This document shows, piece after piece, positions 1 through 9,710 of a stretch of 64,000 nucleotides of DNA. The position numbers and the translations under genes are program-made. The notes beneath the pieces were generated by a model. The model was not told where the DNA came from and searched no databases. It saw only the letters and a program-made list of their open reading frames with translations. Source of the DNA: Candidatus Lustribacter sp. Lineage in GTDB: Bacteria; Vulcanimicrobiota; Vulcanimicrobiia; Vulcanimicrobiales; Vulcanimicrobiaceae. Within the stretch, counting starts at the first letter, position 1. Each line of letters begins with the position of its first letter. The stretch covers positions 3,488,001 to 3,552,000 of the forward strand of contig OZ255842.1 of assembly GCA_965277805.1 (NCBI GenBank), read 5' to 3'.

Positions 1-121
1 TAAGCGAGACGATGGCCGTCAATTCATACGGGTCCGCAGCGCTGCTCTGCCGCGGGCCCAGGACCGTGGCGCACAGGACGGCGGCCAACACAACGCGAGA
101 AAAGGCGCGAAAGCGAAGCAT
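1..121 (-). CDS. ABC substrate-binding protein (branched-chain amino acid type), 5' end only, truncated by window edge
   Basis: Hand translation MLRFRAFSRVVLAAVLCATVLGPRQSSAADPYELTAIVSL: signal peptide, then a PYEL.AI.S start matching the SBPs at 2602 and 5464. Confidence 0.7.
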   Translation of the reverse strand, partial: MLRFRAFSRVVLAAVLCATVLGPRQSSAADPYELTAIVSL

Positions 122-215
122 GCATTTCCCTCCGGCAAACTGCGGGTAGCTTCCGGAGGAGGGAATTTTCACCCGCCGGAACGTTTCAGGCTCGGAGTCT
201 TTAGGAGGCAGCACC

Positions 216-1442
216 ATGGCCATGACCGCGGAAGAAAACGAGCGCCTGACGCAAGTCGGCCCCGGAACGCCGGGCGGCGAACTCTTGCGGCGCTACTGGC
301 AGCCGGTCGCGGCCGCGCTCGAACTTGCCGAGAATCCGGTGAAGCTGGTGCGGTTGCTGGGCGAAGATCTCGTCCTCTACCGGACCCGCTCGGGCGAGTT
401 CGGGCTGATCGACACGACGTGCCCGCATCGCTGCGCCTCATTAGAGTACGGCGTCCCCGAGCCGCACGGACTCCGCTGCGGATACCACGGCTGGCTCTTC
501 GACTTGGGCGGCAAGTGCGTCGAAGCGCCGTTCGAAGACCGGATGCATCCCGAGGCCCGGTTCAGAGACAAGGTCTCGATCAAGGCGTATCCGGTCGAAG
601 AACTCGGCGGCCTGCTCTTCGCCTACCTCGGGCCGCAGCCGGCACCGCTGTTGCCGCGCTGGGATTTGCTCGTGCGCGACGACATCGACCGGGCAATCGA
701 AGTTCACCCACTGCCGTGCAACTGGCTGCAGTGCATGGACAACTCCGCCGATCCGGTGCACTTCGAGTTCTTGCACGCCTACTGGGGAAACTACGAGCTC
801 GAGCGCATGGGCTTGCCGCCCTCGATGAAGCAGGCGAAGCACCTCAAGATCGAGTTCGACGTGTTCCGCTACGGGATGATGAAGCGGCGCCTGGCCGAGG
901 GCGAGAGCGAAGATTCGACCGAGTGGCGGATCGGGCACCCGTTGCTCTTTCCGAACATCCTGGCCGTCGGCGACAAAGCGCACGCGCATCTGCAGTTCCG
1001 CGTCCCGATCGACGACGTCAATTCGCGTAACTACACGTACTGGACCTCGCCGCGCGAGCCCGGGGCCCAACCCGCGCCCACCGTCTTCAAGCTGACCGAG
1101 ATGTTCGATCAGAACCGGCGCCTGATCGGAAAACTGGATTGTGTGGGCAATCAGGATATGGTCGCCTGGGTCGGCCAAGGACCGGTCTCCGACCGCACGC
1201 GCGAACATCTGGGCGCGAGCGATCGCGGCGTGATTCTCTACCACAAGATGCTCTTCGAAAACATGGACCGCGTCGAACGCGGCGAGGAGCCGATCGCCGT
1301 CATCCGCGATCGGGCTGAGAACGAGCCGATGATCAACATCGAGCGCGGCCGCGAGCTCAGCTCGCACGAAGCGTTCGAGTACGACCGCGACTTCGGACAC
1401 AACTACAAACAGACCGTAGCCGGCGCGACCGCGGCGCGGTGA
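216..1442 (+). CDS. Rieske non-heme iron aromatic oxygenase alpha subunit (phthalate 4,5-dioxygenase-like)
   Basis: CPHR...CGYHG Rieske motif, DPVHFEFLH iron site, VGPGTPGGELLRRYW N-terminus; AGGAGG RBS. Confidence 0.9.
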   Translation: MAMTAEENERLTQVGPGTPGGELLRRYWQPVAAALELAENPVKLVRLLGEDLVLYRTRSGEFGLIDTTCPHRCASLEYGVPEPHGLRCGYHGWLFDLGGKCVEAPFEDRMHPEARFRDKVSIKAYPVEELGGLLFAYLGPQPAPLLPRWDLLVRDDIDRAIEVHPLPCNWLQCMDNSADPVHFEFLHAYWGNYELERMGLPPSMKQAKHLKIEFDVFRYGMMKRRLAEGESEDSTEWRIGHPLLFPNILAVGDKAHAHLQFRVPIDDVNSRNYTYWTSPREPGAQPAPTVFKLTEMFDQNRRLIGKLDCVGNQDMVAWVGQGPVSDRTREHLGASDRGVILYHKMLFENMDRVERGEEPIAVIRDRAENEPMINIERGRELSSHEAFEYDRDFGHNYKQTVAGATAAR

Positions 1443-2629
1443 AGCTGCGCCTGGGCTTTGCCGGTCTCGGCGTCGGGACCGGCATGTTCTTGCGCAGCAT
1501 CGACCAGGAACCCAACGTCGAGATCGTCGCGGCCGCGGAAGTGCGGCCGCAAGCGCTCGAAACGTTCGCGCAACGTTACGGCGGCCGCACGTACGACAGC
1601 GTCGAGGCGTTGTGCGCTGATCCGGACGTCGACGTCGTTTGGATTGCGACACCGAACCACATGCACCGCGAACATACCCTGCTCGCGGCGGCGCATCGCA
1701 AGCACATCATCTGCACGAAACCGATGGCGCTGACCGTCGAAGAGTGCGCGGCGATGTGCGAGGCCGCCGAGCGCAACGGCGTTGCGCTCTTGTGCGGACA
1801 AACCTATAGCATGGCCTCGGACATTCAGGCGATGGCGCAGGTCGTCGCGTCCGGCCGGCTCGGCCGCGTCATCGCGATCACGATGGCGATGTCCGCCGAC
1901 TGGCTCTTGAAACCGCGCGTGCCCGAAGAGCTCGACGAATCGCTCGGCGGCGGTGTGCTCTATCGCCACGGCCCGCATCTCGTCGATACCGCGCGCGTAC
2001 TTGCCGGCAAGCGGCTGCGCAGCGTTCGCGGTTCGGTCGGCCGCTGGATGCCCGAACGCCCGTGCGCCGGTAACTTCTCGGCGTTTCTGTCGTTCGAGGA
2101 CGGGACGCCGGCGACCATCTCTTACAACGGTTACGGCTACTTCGATACCTCGGAGTTGACGTGGGGGATCGGGAACCGCCAATACTCCGACGCCGAGCGC
2201 GTCACCGTGCGGCGCGAGTTGCGCGGCGGCACCTCCGATGGCGCGGGCGGCAAAGAAGCGATGCGCTTCGGCGCGGCCGGGGAAGCGCCGCTGCTCGACG
2301 ATCCGAACGACGTGAACAAAATCTCACCGTGGTTCGGTTTGACCGTCGTCAGCTGCGAGCGTGGCGACATCCGCCAATCACCGCACGGCATCTTCATCTA
2401 CGACGACGACGGGCGGCACGAAGTCCCGGTAAAGCTCGACCCGATCGGTCTCCCCGACGTCAAAGAGCTCTACGACCATTTGACGCATGGCAAACCGCTG
2501 ACGCACGACGGCCGCTATGCGCTCGCGACGCTCGAGGCCTGCACCGCGATCTTGCGGTCATCCGACGAAGGACGCGAAATCGTTCTCGAGCACCAGGGTG
2601 CTTATTCGGCGGGTCGACCGCCGGGATAA
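1439..2629 (+). CDS. Gfo/Idh/MocA oxidoreductase (cis-dihydrodiol dehydrogenase-like)
   Basis: GFAGLGVG Rossmann motif, IATPNHMH, TKPMA, GGGVLYRHGPH; GTGA overlap with the Rieske gene. Confidence 0.85.
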   Translation: MKLRLGFAGLGVGTGMFLRSIDQEPNVEIVAAAEVRPQALETFAQRYGGRTYDSVEALCADPDVDVVWIATPNHMHREHTLLAAAHRKHIICTKPMALTVEECAAMCEAAERNGVALLCGQTYSMASDIQAMAQVVASGRLGRVIAITMAMSADWLLKPRVPEELDESLGGGVLYRHGPHLVDTARVLAGKRLRSVRGSVGRWMPERPCAGNFSAFLSFEDGTPATISYNGYGYFDTSELTWGIGNRQYSDAERVTVRRELRGGTSDGAGGKEAMRFGAAGEAPLLDDPNDVNKISPWFGLTVVSCERGDIRQSPHGIFIYDDDGRHEVPVKLDPIGLPDVKELYDHLTHGKPLTHDGRYALATLEACTAILRSSDEGREIVLEHQGAYSAGRPPG

Positions 2630-3783
2630 CTGACCGGCCGGAACTGGCCGTGCGCCGCGTCCCAGCGCGAAACGATGTCGCTCTGCAGCGCGCCGCTCTG
2701 CTGCCCGAAGCGGAAATCGTAGATCACGTTTGCGCCCGGAAAGTTGTAGAGGTGTGCGATGTAGTAGCGGACTTCTTGCGCGGTCGGATTCTCCGGCACG
2801 TGCCGCAGCGCGTCGATGAGCACCAACGTGATGTCCCACGTCGCCGCATAGCCGCCGTTCGTCGGCAATCCCGCGGCGCTCAAATACTTCCGCAAGATCT
2901 CTTGCTGCTTGAGGACGGCGGCCGGCTCGTGCGCACCGACGACCCACGACGCGCCGCCGATGAAATTGATGTCGCGCGGCAAGACATCCGCGCTCTGCTG
3001 CATTTGGTCGGCCGTCTCGTTGACGCTGTTCGATACCACCGGGACGTTGATGCCGGCGTCGTGCAGCGCTCGGAGCGTTAGCCCGAACGGCGCCCCAACG
3101 CTCCAGGTCACGATCGCATCGGGATTGGAGGCCTTGATCTGCGATGCCTGAGCCGTCAGCGTGATGTCGGAGGGCGAAAACCGGATGTGCGCGACCTGAT
3201 GCAGCGAGGCGAACTCTTTCAGGCCGAATGCCTGCTCGAAGCCGCCGTCGGCAGCCTGACTGCTGGCGTCGGTTGCGTCGAGCACCGCGATGCGTTTGAG
3301 CCCGCGGCCTTTCAGAAAACGCAGCCCGGTGATCGCAATATCGAGTGCCGAGCCCTGCTGCATGAACATGTAGCCGCCACGCGGCGAGTTCACGAACGGC
3401 GAGTCGCAGTACGCCACGGGTCCGCTTTTGGAGATGAGCGGAATGACGGCTTCGCACGATGCGGTGAGCTCGGGCCCGATGAACGCTGGGATCTTTTGCG
3501 CCATCAGCCCGTTGACGAGTTGCACGGCGACCTGCGGGCTCGACTGATCGTCGAGTACCGTCACCTTGAGCGGGCGCCCGTGAATTCCGCCGGTGGCGTT
3601 GATGTACGACTCCATCGCGACCATCGATTTTGCCGCCGCCTGGCCGACGAAGGCGCCGGCGCCGGTCTCCGAGAGCACGGCCGTCAACGCGTACGGCGTT
3701 GGTTGCTGCGCACCGACGGGCAGGCCGAAGGCTAGGACGCACGCCGCCAGCAGTGCCGGTGCGGCGTTTCTCGCGCGCTTCAA
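2602..3783 (-). CDS. ABC substrate-binding protein (LivJ/Peripla_BP_6 type)
   Basis: Signal peptide, INATGGIHGRPL...DDQSSPQVAVQL motif. Confidence 0.85.
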   Translation of the reverse strand: MKRARNAAPALLAACVLAFGLPVGAQQPTPYALTAVLSETGAGAFVGQAAAKSMVAMESYINATGGIHGRPLKVTVLDDQSSPQVAVQLVNGLMAQKIPAFIGPELTASCEAVIPLISKSGPVAYCDSPFVNSPRGGYMFMQQGSALDIAITGLRFLKGRGLKRIAVLDATDASSQAADGGFEQAFGLKEFASLHQVAHIRFSPSDITLTAQASQIKASNPDAIVTWSVGAPFGLTLRALHDAGINVPVVSNSVNETADQMQQSADVLPRDINFIGGASWVVGAHEPAAVLKQQEILRKYLSAAGLPTNGGYAATWDITLVLIDALRHVPENPTAQEVRYYIAHLYNFPGANVIYDFRFGQQSGALQSDIVSRWDAAHGQFRPVSYPGGRPAE

Positions 3784-4826
3784 TGGCTCGCCGTCGCGGG
3801 CGTATAGTCCACGAGATCCGGAAAGACGCTGCTCGCGAGCAAGTCCAACGTACGTTTCGACTGCTCGAACGTGAGATCGCCGAATGCGATCCGGCAGTTG
3901 AGATAATTGATACCCGACTCCTCGATGTACTTGATCAAGCCGTCGCGCACGGTCGCCGGGCTGCCGGCAAAGACGATTCCCAGCCGTACGGCTTCATCGA
4001 AGTCCTCGACCGCCGCGCGATTCTTCGGCACGTTGAACTGACGAGGCAGCAGCGTGTTGTGATAAATCCAACGCCCGTGCGCCGGCCGCGCAAGCGCGCG
4101 CGCTTCTTCATCTGTATCGGCCACGACGATGTGCTTCGACGTTCCGAAGAACGGCATGTCCGCCGGGTCCTTTTTGGCCACCGCCCACTCTTGCACGAAG
4201 CGATCGTGCAGCACGCGGGCCGCTGCGGCCGTATGGTTGGTGAGCAAGTTGACGTTGTGTTCCGTTGCCCACACGGCCGTATCCGGTGAACCGATCCCAT
4301 ACCAGAGCGGCGGCCGCGGCTTCTGATACGGTTCGAGCACGACCGGAAGGTTCGTATACCGGTAGTGACGGCCTTGGAACGTCATCGTCGCGCCGCTCTC
4401 GGCGGCGGCAAAGCACCGCATGATGACCTCGAGCGCCTCCGCATACATCTCGTTGGCGTCCTCGAGCGGCACGCCCATGAAGCCGAGTTCGATCGGCGAG
4501 ATACCGCGGCCGATACCGAGCTGCATGCGCCCATGGCTCATCTGATCGAGCATGCAGATCTCGTCGTAGAGCCGGTACGGGTTGTACATCGCGAGCGTAA
4601 AGACGGAGGTACCGATGTTGACCGTCTTCGTCCGCTGCGCGAGCGCCGCCAGAAAGAGGGACGGCGACGGCGCCATCCCGAGCGGGGTGGCGTGGTGCTC
4701 GTTGATGTGAACGCAATAGATCCAGCCCGACTTATCGCACTCTTCGTACAGGCGCAAGCGGTCATCGTATTGCTGTGACAACGGTACCGCAGCGCGGTCC
4801 ATATGGTCCGTGACGCCGAATTTCAT
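3780..4826 (-). CDS. LLM-class flavin-dependent monooxygenase
   Basis: MKFGVTDH start, EHHATPLGMAPSPS, PYQKPRPPLW motifs; start trimmed from the ORF track. Confidence 0.9.
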   Translation of the reverse strand: MKFGVTDHMDRAAVPLSQQYDDRLRLYEECDKSGWIYCVHINEHHATPLGMAPSPSLFLAALAQRTKTVNIGTSVFTLAMYNPYRLYDEICMLDQMSHGRMQLGIGRGISPIELGFMGVPLEDANEMYAEALEVIMRCFAAAESGATMTFQGRHYRYTNLPVVLEPYQKPRPPLWYGIGSPDTAVWATEHNVNLLTNHTAAAARVLHDRFVQEWAVAKKDPADMPFFGTSKHIVVADTDEEARALARPAHGRWIYHNTLLPRQFNVPKNRAAVEDFDEAVRLGIVFAGSPATVRDGLIKYIEESGINYLNCRIAFGDLTFEQSKRTLDLLASSVFPDLVDYTPATASH

Positions 4827-5028
4827 CGTGAGACGATCGTTCCAGCCGAGGTGTTTTATGCCCCGCTCCTGGGACGAGCAGACCAGCTCACCTCGCGGCC
4901 AGCTTCGTGAAACCCACAGCGTTCGAGGACCCGGCGCGATGCGGCATTGTCTCCTGCGACCCATGCCCAGAGAGGCCGGTCTTCATCCCGCCGCCCACGC
5001 AAGATAACGGTTTCACGTGGAAGGCTGC

Positions 5029-5418
5029 TCACTTTTTCCGGATCATTTCTTCAGCTTCGGCCAATAGCGCAGCAACGTCGACGTCCACATTGTGCACGAA
5101 GCCGCGGATGTTCGGCTCGCGCTTTTCTCGCCCGTTCACGACGCGAACGCGAATCGCGTTGCCCCAAATGGTGTAGCGCGTCGCGGCTGGTGCATTACGG
5201 CCGTGAAGCCAGGCGCGCACGCGGTCCGTTAGCTCCGCGGCCGTTTTGCCCGGCACGCGAATCGGCGCGGTTACGGTAAAAAGCAGCGTCATACCATCCG
5301 GGACGTCATCGCGCAACGCATTCTGCATAGCGGCAATGAGCCCAAGCGCAACCTTGTCAAAGCGCAGTCCTCGCTTCGAACTCAACTGCGTTTTAGCTGC
5401 CTGTCCGGTTTCTGGCAT
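5029..5418 (-). CDS. hypothetical protein
   Basis: 129-aa ORF co-oriented with neighbours, protein-like composition (LRFDKVAL...TVTAPIRVPGKT). Confidence 0.6.
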   Translation of the reverse strand: MPETGQAAKTQLSSKRGLRFDKVALGLIAAMQNALRDDVPDGMTLLFTVTAPIRVPGKTAAELTDRVRAWLHGRNAPAATRYTIWGNAIRVRVVNGREKREPNIRGFVHNVDVDVAALLAEAEEMIRKK

Positions 5419-5463
5419 CTATCAGCCGTTCCGGGTTGGGACACGTACCGCTTTGCAGGCGAG

Positions 5464-6666
5464 CTAGCGGTTTGCGGTCGGACCCGCCTTCCCGCCGATT
5501 TCGCTTACGGTCGACCACGCGTTCTTCGCAGGATTCCAACGGACGAGGACCACGGACGACAAGCCGACACCGCGTTGGCTGCCGTCGCGGAAATCGAATA
5601 TCCCAACGGTCCCGGCGTAACCATGAAAGGTTTCGAGGTAATCGCGTAAGTCTTTCGCCGTCGCGGTGGTGCCGAGCTTGCGCAGCGCCTCCACGAGAAT
5701 CAATGCCGGGTCCCATGAAAGGCTGTGAGGGGCGTCCGGTTCGATGCCCTTTGCGCGCAACTTCTCGTAAAAGACGCGCTGCGCATCGCGCACGGGCCCT
5801 TTGTTTGAAACATCGTACGTCACAAATCGCGGCGCGGTGAGGTAGAAGTGCTCCGGTACGTATGACGCATATTGGGCGAGCTGCGCGTGCACGAGGTTAC
5901 CAAAATTCGTCATGACGGGGACCTTCTCGAGTCCCGCATCCTTGAGCGCGTGCAGAGCCGTTCCGAGCGGCGTCCCAACGCACGTGATGATGATCGCGTC
6001 GGGATCGGTGCTTTTCAGTCGAGCGGCTTGCGCTGAAAGCGACACGTCGCCGATTCCGAAGTGCTCGCGGCCCACGATGTGAACCGCTCCGTACGTGGCC
6101 ATGCCCGACACGATGTCGATCTGCTGATCCTGATCTTGACCGGCCGCATCCGTAGACGAGAGCACCGCGATCCGCTTCCATCCCAAGGACTGAGCGAAAT
6201 TGAACCAGGCCCGCGTTTGGTCGAGCGTGGACACCGAGGTTGAGAAGGCATAGCTGCCGGCCGGCGGATGAATTGCCGGCGCGAGGCAATACATCAGCGG
6301 TCCGTTGCGAACGAGCGGCAGAATCGACAGGCACGAGGCGATGTAGCTCGGCCCGATGATGATGGGCACGTTCTTCGCGATGATGCCGTTCGCGAGTTGT
6401 ACGGCGGTCGCGGGCTGCGACTGATCGTCGGCAATGACGAATCGAATCGGCTGTCCATGGATGCCGCCCGACTTGTTGACGACGTCCTGAACCGTGAGCA
6501 GCGATGCCTGTTCACCGGCGCCGAGGAGTGCTAACGGCCCCGTAAGCGAGAGGATTGCATTGATCTCGTACGGTTCCGCAGCGTTCGCCCGCGGAGCGGT
6601 CGTGACGAGCAGCGCCGCCATTGCCATGACGGCGAGGCACTTTGCAACCGAATTAGACTTCTGCAC
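5464..6666 (-). CDS. ABC substrate-binding protein (LivJ type)
   Basis: GTG start after GGAGG; AEPYEINAILSLTG, GGIHGQPI...DDQSQP. Confidence 0.85.
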   Translation of the reverse strand: MQKSNSVAKCLAVMAMAALLVTTAPRANAAEPYEINAILSLTGPLALLGAGEQASLLTVQDVVNKSGGIHGQPIRFVIADDQSQPATAVQLANGIIAKNVPIIIGPSYIASCLSILPLVRNGPLMYCLAPAIHPPAGSYAFSTSVSTLDQTRAWFNFAQSLGWKRIAVLSSTDAAGQDQDQQIDIVSGMATYGAVHIVGREHFGIGDVSLSAQAARLKSTDPDAIIITCVGTPLGTALHALKDAGLEKVPVMTNFGNLVHAQLAQYASYVPEHFYLTAPRFVTYDVSNKGPVRDAQRVFYEKLRAKGIEPDAPHSLSWDPALILVEALRKLGTTATAKDLRDYLETFHGYAGTVGIFDFRDGSQRGVGLSSVVLVRWNPAKNAWSTVSEIGGKAGPTANR

Positions 6667-6691
6667 GGACTGCCTCCAGGGTGGCCGGCGC

Positions 6692-7849
6692 TTACGCAAC
6701 GAGCGGCTCGTTGAGGTGACGCAGTTTGGGAATCACGTCGCTTGCAAAAAGACGCAAGCTATTCTCCGTTAGATCGTGCGGCAGCGTCCCGAAATGAAAG
6801 ACGCCGACGTGCGTGTCGAAGCCCCATTCGAGCGCGTTGCGCTCGAGCTGTTGGCGGACCGTGTCGGGACTTCCGCACAGGATGACGCCGTGCTGCATGA
6901 GGTTCTCGAACGTTTGCTCGCCAAAAATCGGCGTCTTGTCCTGGGCGATCCGGCGCTGCGATTCGAGCGACGTATAGCCCGGCGGGAAGAAACGATGTCC
7001 CGGCATTCGGAAGAACGTGTTGTACATGTTCTCGATATGCGGCTTCATCTCGCGATGGGCGCGCTCGTCCGTGTCGGCGACGTAGATCGGACAGCCCCAG
7101 CCAAGCTGCTCCGGGCCGGCCGTCCAGCCCGCCTCGTTCGCGACTTCCCGGTAGAGATCCATGTACTTCTTGCAAGCGGCGGCCGTGCTCAGGTTTTGCA
7201 GGTACTTGTAGCGATGGTCATCACGAGCGGCCCACGCCACCGTTTCGCTGCTGCCGTTGGTTGGGATCCATATCGGCGGATGAGGTTTTTGATACGGCCG
7301 CGGCCAGATGTTGACCCACGGAATGTGATAGTGTTTGCCTTCGAAGGCGAACGGTTCTTTCGCGGTCCAAGCGCGAACGATTAACTCCTGCGATTCGTGG
7401 GCGCGTTCGTGCGAATCGGCAGGGTTAACGCCCCACACTAAGTACTCGATCCCAATCCCACGCACGAAGCCGCTAATGAGCCGGCCGCCCATGATATTGT
7501 CGAGCATCGCCAGTTCTTCGGCCACCATGAGCGGGTGGTCGCGCAGCGGCGTTGCGTTCCCGAGGATGGCGATCTTGATGCGCTTCGTTCGGCGCGCAAG
7601 CGTCGCCGCAATGAGGTTCGGCGAGGGCATCAGGCCGTATGCCGTCATGTGGTGTTCGTTGAGGACGACGCCGTCGAAATCGAGCTCTTCCGTTAACTCG
7701 AGTTCGTCGAGGTAGCGATTGTAGAGCGCGTGGCCCTCTTCGGGGTCGTAGGCCGAATTCGGCAAGACCATCCAAGCGGAATCGTAGCGCGCGCGAATCT
7801 CCGGATCGAGCGGCGCGTACGGCATGAGGTGAAAGAAGAAAAATTTCAT
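6692..7849 (-). CDS. LLM-class flavin-dependent monooxygenase
   Basis: MKFFFFHLMPY start, NEHHMTAYGLMPSPN, WPRPYQKPHPPIW. Confidence 0.9.
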   Translation of the reverse strand: MKFFFFHLMPYAPLDPEIRARYDSAWMVLPNSAYDPEEGHALYNRYLDELELTEELDFDGVVLNEHHMTAYGLMPSPNLIAATLARRTKRIKIAILGNATPLRDHPLMVAEELAMLDNIMGGRLISGFVRGIGIEYLVWGVNPADSHERAHESQELIVRAWTAKEPFAFEGKHYHIPWVNIWPRPYQKPHPPIWIPTNGSSETVAWAARDDHRYKYLQNLSTAAACKKYMDLYREVANEAGWTAGPEQLGWGCPIYVADTDERAHREMKPHIENMYNTFFRMPGHRFFPPGYTSLESQRRIAQDKTPIFGEQTFENLMQHGVILCGSPDTVRQQLERNALEWGFDTHVGVFHFGTLPHDLTENSLRLFASDVIPKLRHLNEPLVA

Positions 7850-8622
7850 CCGATAGCCTCGACGAATGAGGAGTTGATCGCGTGTTGGAGGCGTTCGGGC
7901 TGCTCGATGTGGGCATAGTGCCCGCAGTTTTCGAGGATCGTGGTCCGCGCGTTGGGGAGCAATGCCGCAAGTGCATGCGCGTACGCAATCGGAAACAGGC
8001 GATCGGTGTCGCCCCAGATCAGGTGCACCGGCATGCTGACGCGATGCAGCCACTTCTCGAGCTGCGGATTGAAGAGCGGCGGCTGCCAGGCGACTCGAGC
8101 AACGGCGTTCCGATTCTTGTTGAAAGCAAACTCTGCTTCCGGCGAGGAATGGACCTTCGCGACCTGCGCGTCACCCAGGGCCGAATCGGCGAACATGCTG
8201 CGGAGTACGACATCGGGCGCGCGCATGAACAGGTCGCCCTTTGGAACGCCGATCACGTGAATGCCGGCCGAGGCGACGAGCGTAAGCGTTGGAAAGCGCT
8301 GCGGATAGCGGATGGCAAGTTCCAAGGCAACCCACCCGCCCAGCGAATGCCCAACCAGATGCACGCGGTCGAGCCCGAGTCGATCGAGTAGCTCCAGCTG
8401 AAAGTACGCGAGGTCGTCGATCCGCGTGAGCCAGTCCGGCATGTCGGATTCGCCGAACCCGGGCTGTTCCGGCACAACAACGTCGAACGCCGACCCGAGG
8501 CCTTCGGCCAGCGGCAACGCCGGCCGCGCTCCGTCGAGCCCGTGCAGATACAGCAGCGGTTCGCCGCGTCCCGTGCGATGCAGCGCGAAACGGTTTCCGC
8601 GGTAATCGATCGTCGATGTCAT
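7846..8622 (-). CDS. alpha/beta fold hydrolase
   Basis: LHGLDG, GHSLGG nucleophile elbow, C-terminal GHYAHIE. Confidence 0.9.
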   Translation of the reverse strand: MTSTIDYRGNRFALHRTGRGEPLLYLHGLDGARPALPLAEGLGSAFDVVVPEQPGFGESDMPDWLTRIDDLAYFQLELLDRLGLDRVHLVGHSLGGWVALELAIRYPQRFPTLTLVASAGIHVIGVPKGDLFMRAPDVVLRSMFADSALGDAQVAKVHSSPEAEFAFNKNRNAVARVAWQPPLFNPQLEKWLHRVSMPVHLIWGDTDRLFPIAYAHALAALLPNARTTILENCGHYAHIEQPERLQHAINSSFVEAIG

Positions 8623-8629
8623 CCTTGCG

Positions 8630-9115
8630 CTAGCTGCGCGGTGCGTTCGCGGGTTCCGCACCCTCCAGCTTCAGCTGGCGAATGGCGGCGAGCGTGGCAT
8701 CGAGCGCACTCAAATATTCTAAACGCATGTCCCGCGCGTAGGCCGCTTCTTCTTCGCTGCCCGCCGCAACGCCCGGAAGCTCGAGGTCGAATGTGAAGCG
8801 CAACAAGAGCTCTCCGCGCTCGTCTTCGTCGATGAGGTTGCGGATGACGCCGACCGACTTGCCCGTCAAGCGTTCGAACGTGACGCCGTGCAGCGGATCG
8901 AGCGTGACGCGCTGCCTTGCGCGGTCACCCTTAAAGATGATTTCGCGAAAGAAGACGTTCTCCGACTCTTCGCTGAGCACAACGCAGTGCGTCATCGCCG
9001 GAATGAACGGCAACGCGTTGCGCGCCTTCAGTTCGAGACCACGCCAAACATCGGCCCGCGTTAGTGGGACCTTTCCCTCTTCGTTGACCACCACCGCTTC
9101 ATTCACGCTGAACAT
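8630..9115 (-). CDS. SRPBCC/AtaL-like (DUF1857) protein
   Basis: LTRADVWRGLELKARNALPFIP N-terminal motif typical of DUF1857. Confidence 0.75.
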   Translation of the reverse strand: MFSVNEAVVVNEEGKVPLTRADVWRGLELKARNALPFIPAMTHCVVLSEESENVFFREIIFKGDRARQRVTLDPLHGVTFERLTGKSVGVIRNLIDEDERGELLLRFTFDLELPGVAAGSEEEAAYARDMRLEYLSALDATLAAIRQLKLEGAEPANAPRS

Positions 9116-9158
9116 GCCGCACCTCTGGAACCGGTAGAAACTGCCCGCGGAATTTGAT

Positions 9159-9179
9159 ATACTTATTGTCAGTAAGTAT
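9159..9179. promoter_or_regulatory. inverted repeat ATACTTA-N7-TAAGTAT, probable MarR operator
   Basis: AT-rich dyad in the divergent intergenic region between the operon and the MarR gene. Confidence 0.6.
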
Positions 9180-9226
9180 TAGCGTACTTCGAGCCCCGTG
9201 TCAACGGTACTCTCAGGAGGGGTAGA

Positions 9227-9697
9227 TTGCACGCTCCGTTTCGGCGGGTCAACATCGCCGCGAAGATTCGCGATGCCTCCGACCTTTACGTAAAATCGAT
9301 CCGCGCTCGGGTGCGGCCCTACGGATTAAGCCTCAACCAATTCCGGCTGCTGCGCGAGCTGTGGGAGGAAGAGGGCGTCACGCAACGGGTGATCGCGCAA
9401 CGGATGCACGTTTCGGAACCGGCGACGGTAGCGACAATCGATTCGCTCGTCGAGGCCGCACTCGTGCGGCGCGGGCGAGTCGAAGGCGACAAACGGAAGT
9501 CGTCAATTTTGCTGACCGCTCGCGGCGAGCGGCTGCGCGATGCCATTCTGCACGAGAACGGCGCACTCAACGCGCTCGCGCTAGAAGGCTTGTCCGCCCA
9601 GGAGCGTGAGACGCTTTCGGCACTCCTCGACCGCGTCATCGGCAACCTGACGGATGCAGCCGAAGCCGACGGGGTTGACCGCAACCACAGGCACTGA
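9227..9697 (+). CDS. MarR family transcriptional regulator
   Basis: GLSLNQFRLLRELW...DKRKSSILLTARG wHTH pattern; TTG start after AGGAGG. Confidence 0.9.
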   Translation: MHAPFRRVNIAAKIRDASDLYVKSIRARVRPYGLSLNQFRLLRELWEEEGVTQRVIAQRMHVSEPATVATIDSLVEAALVRRGRVEGDKRKSSILLTARGERLRDAILHENGALNALALEGLSAQERETLSALLDRVIGNLTDAAEADGVDRNHRH

Positions 9698-9710
9698 GGA
9701 CGAGAATTTG

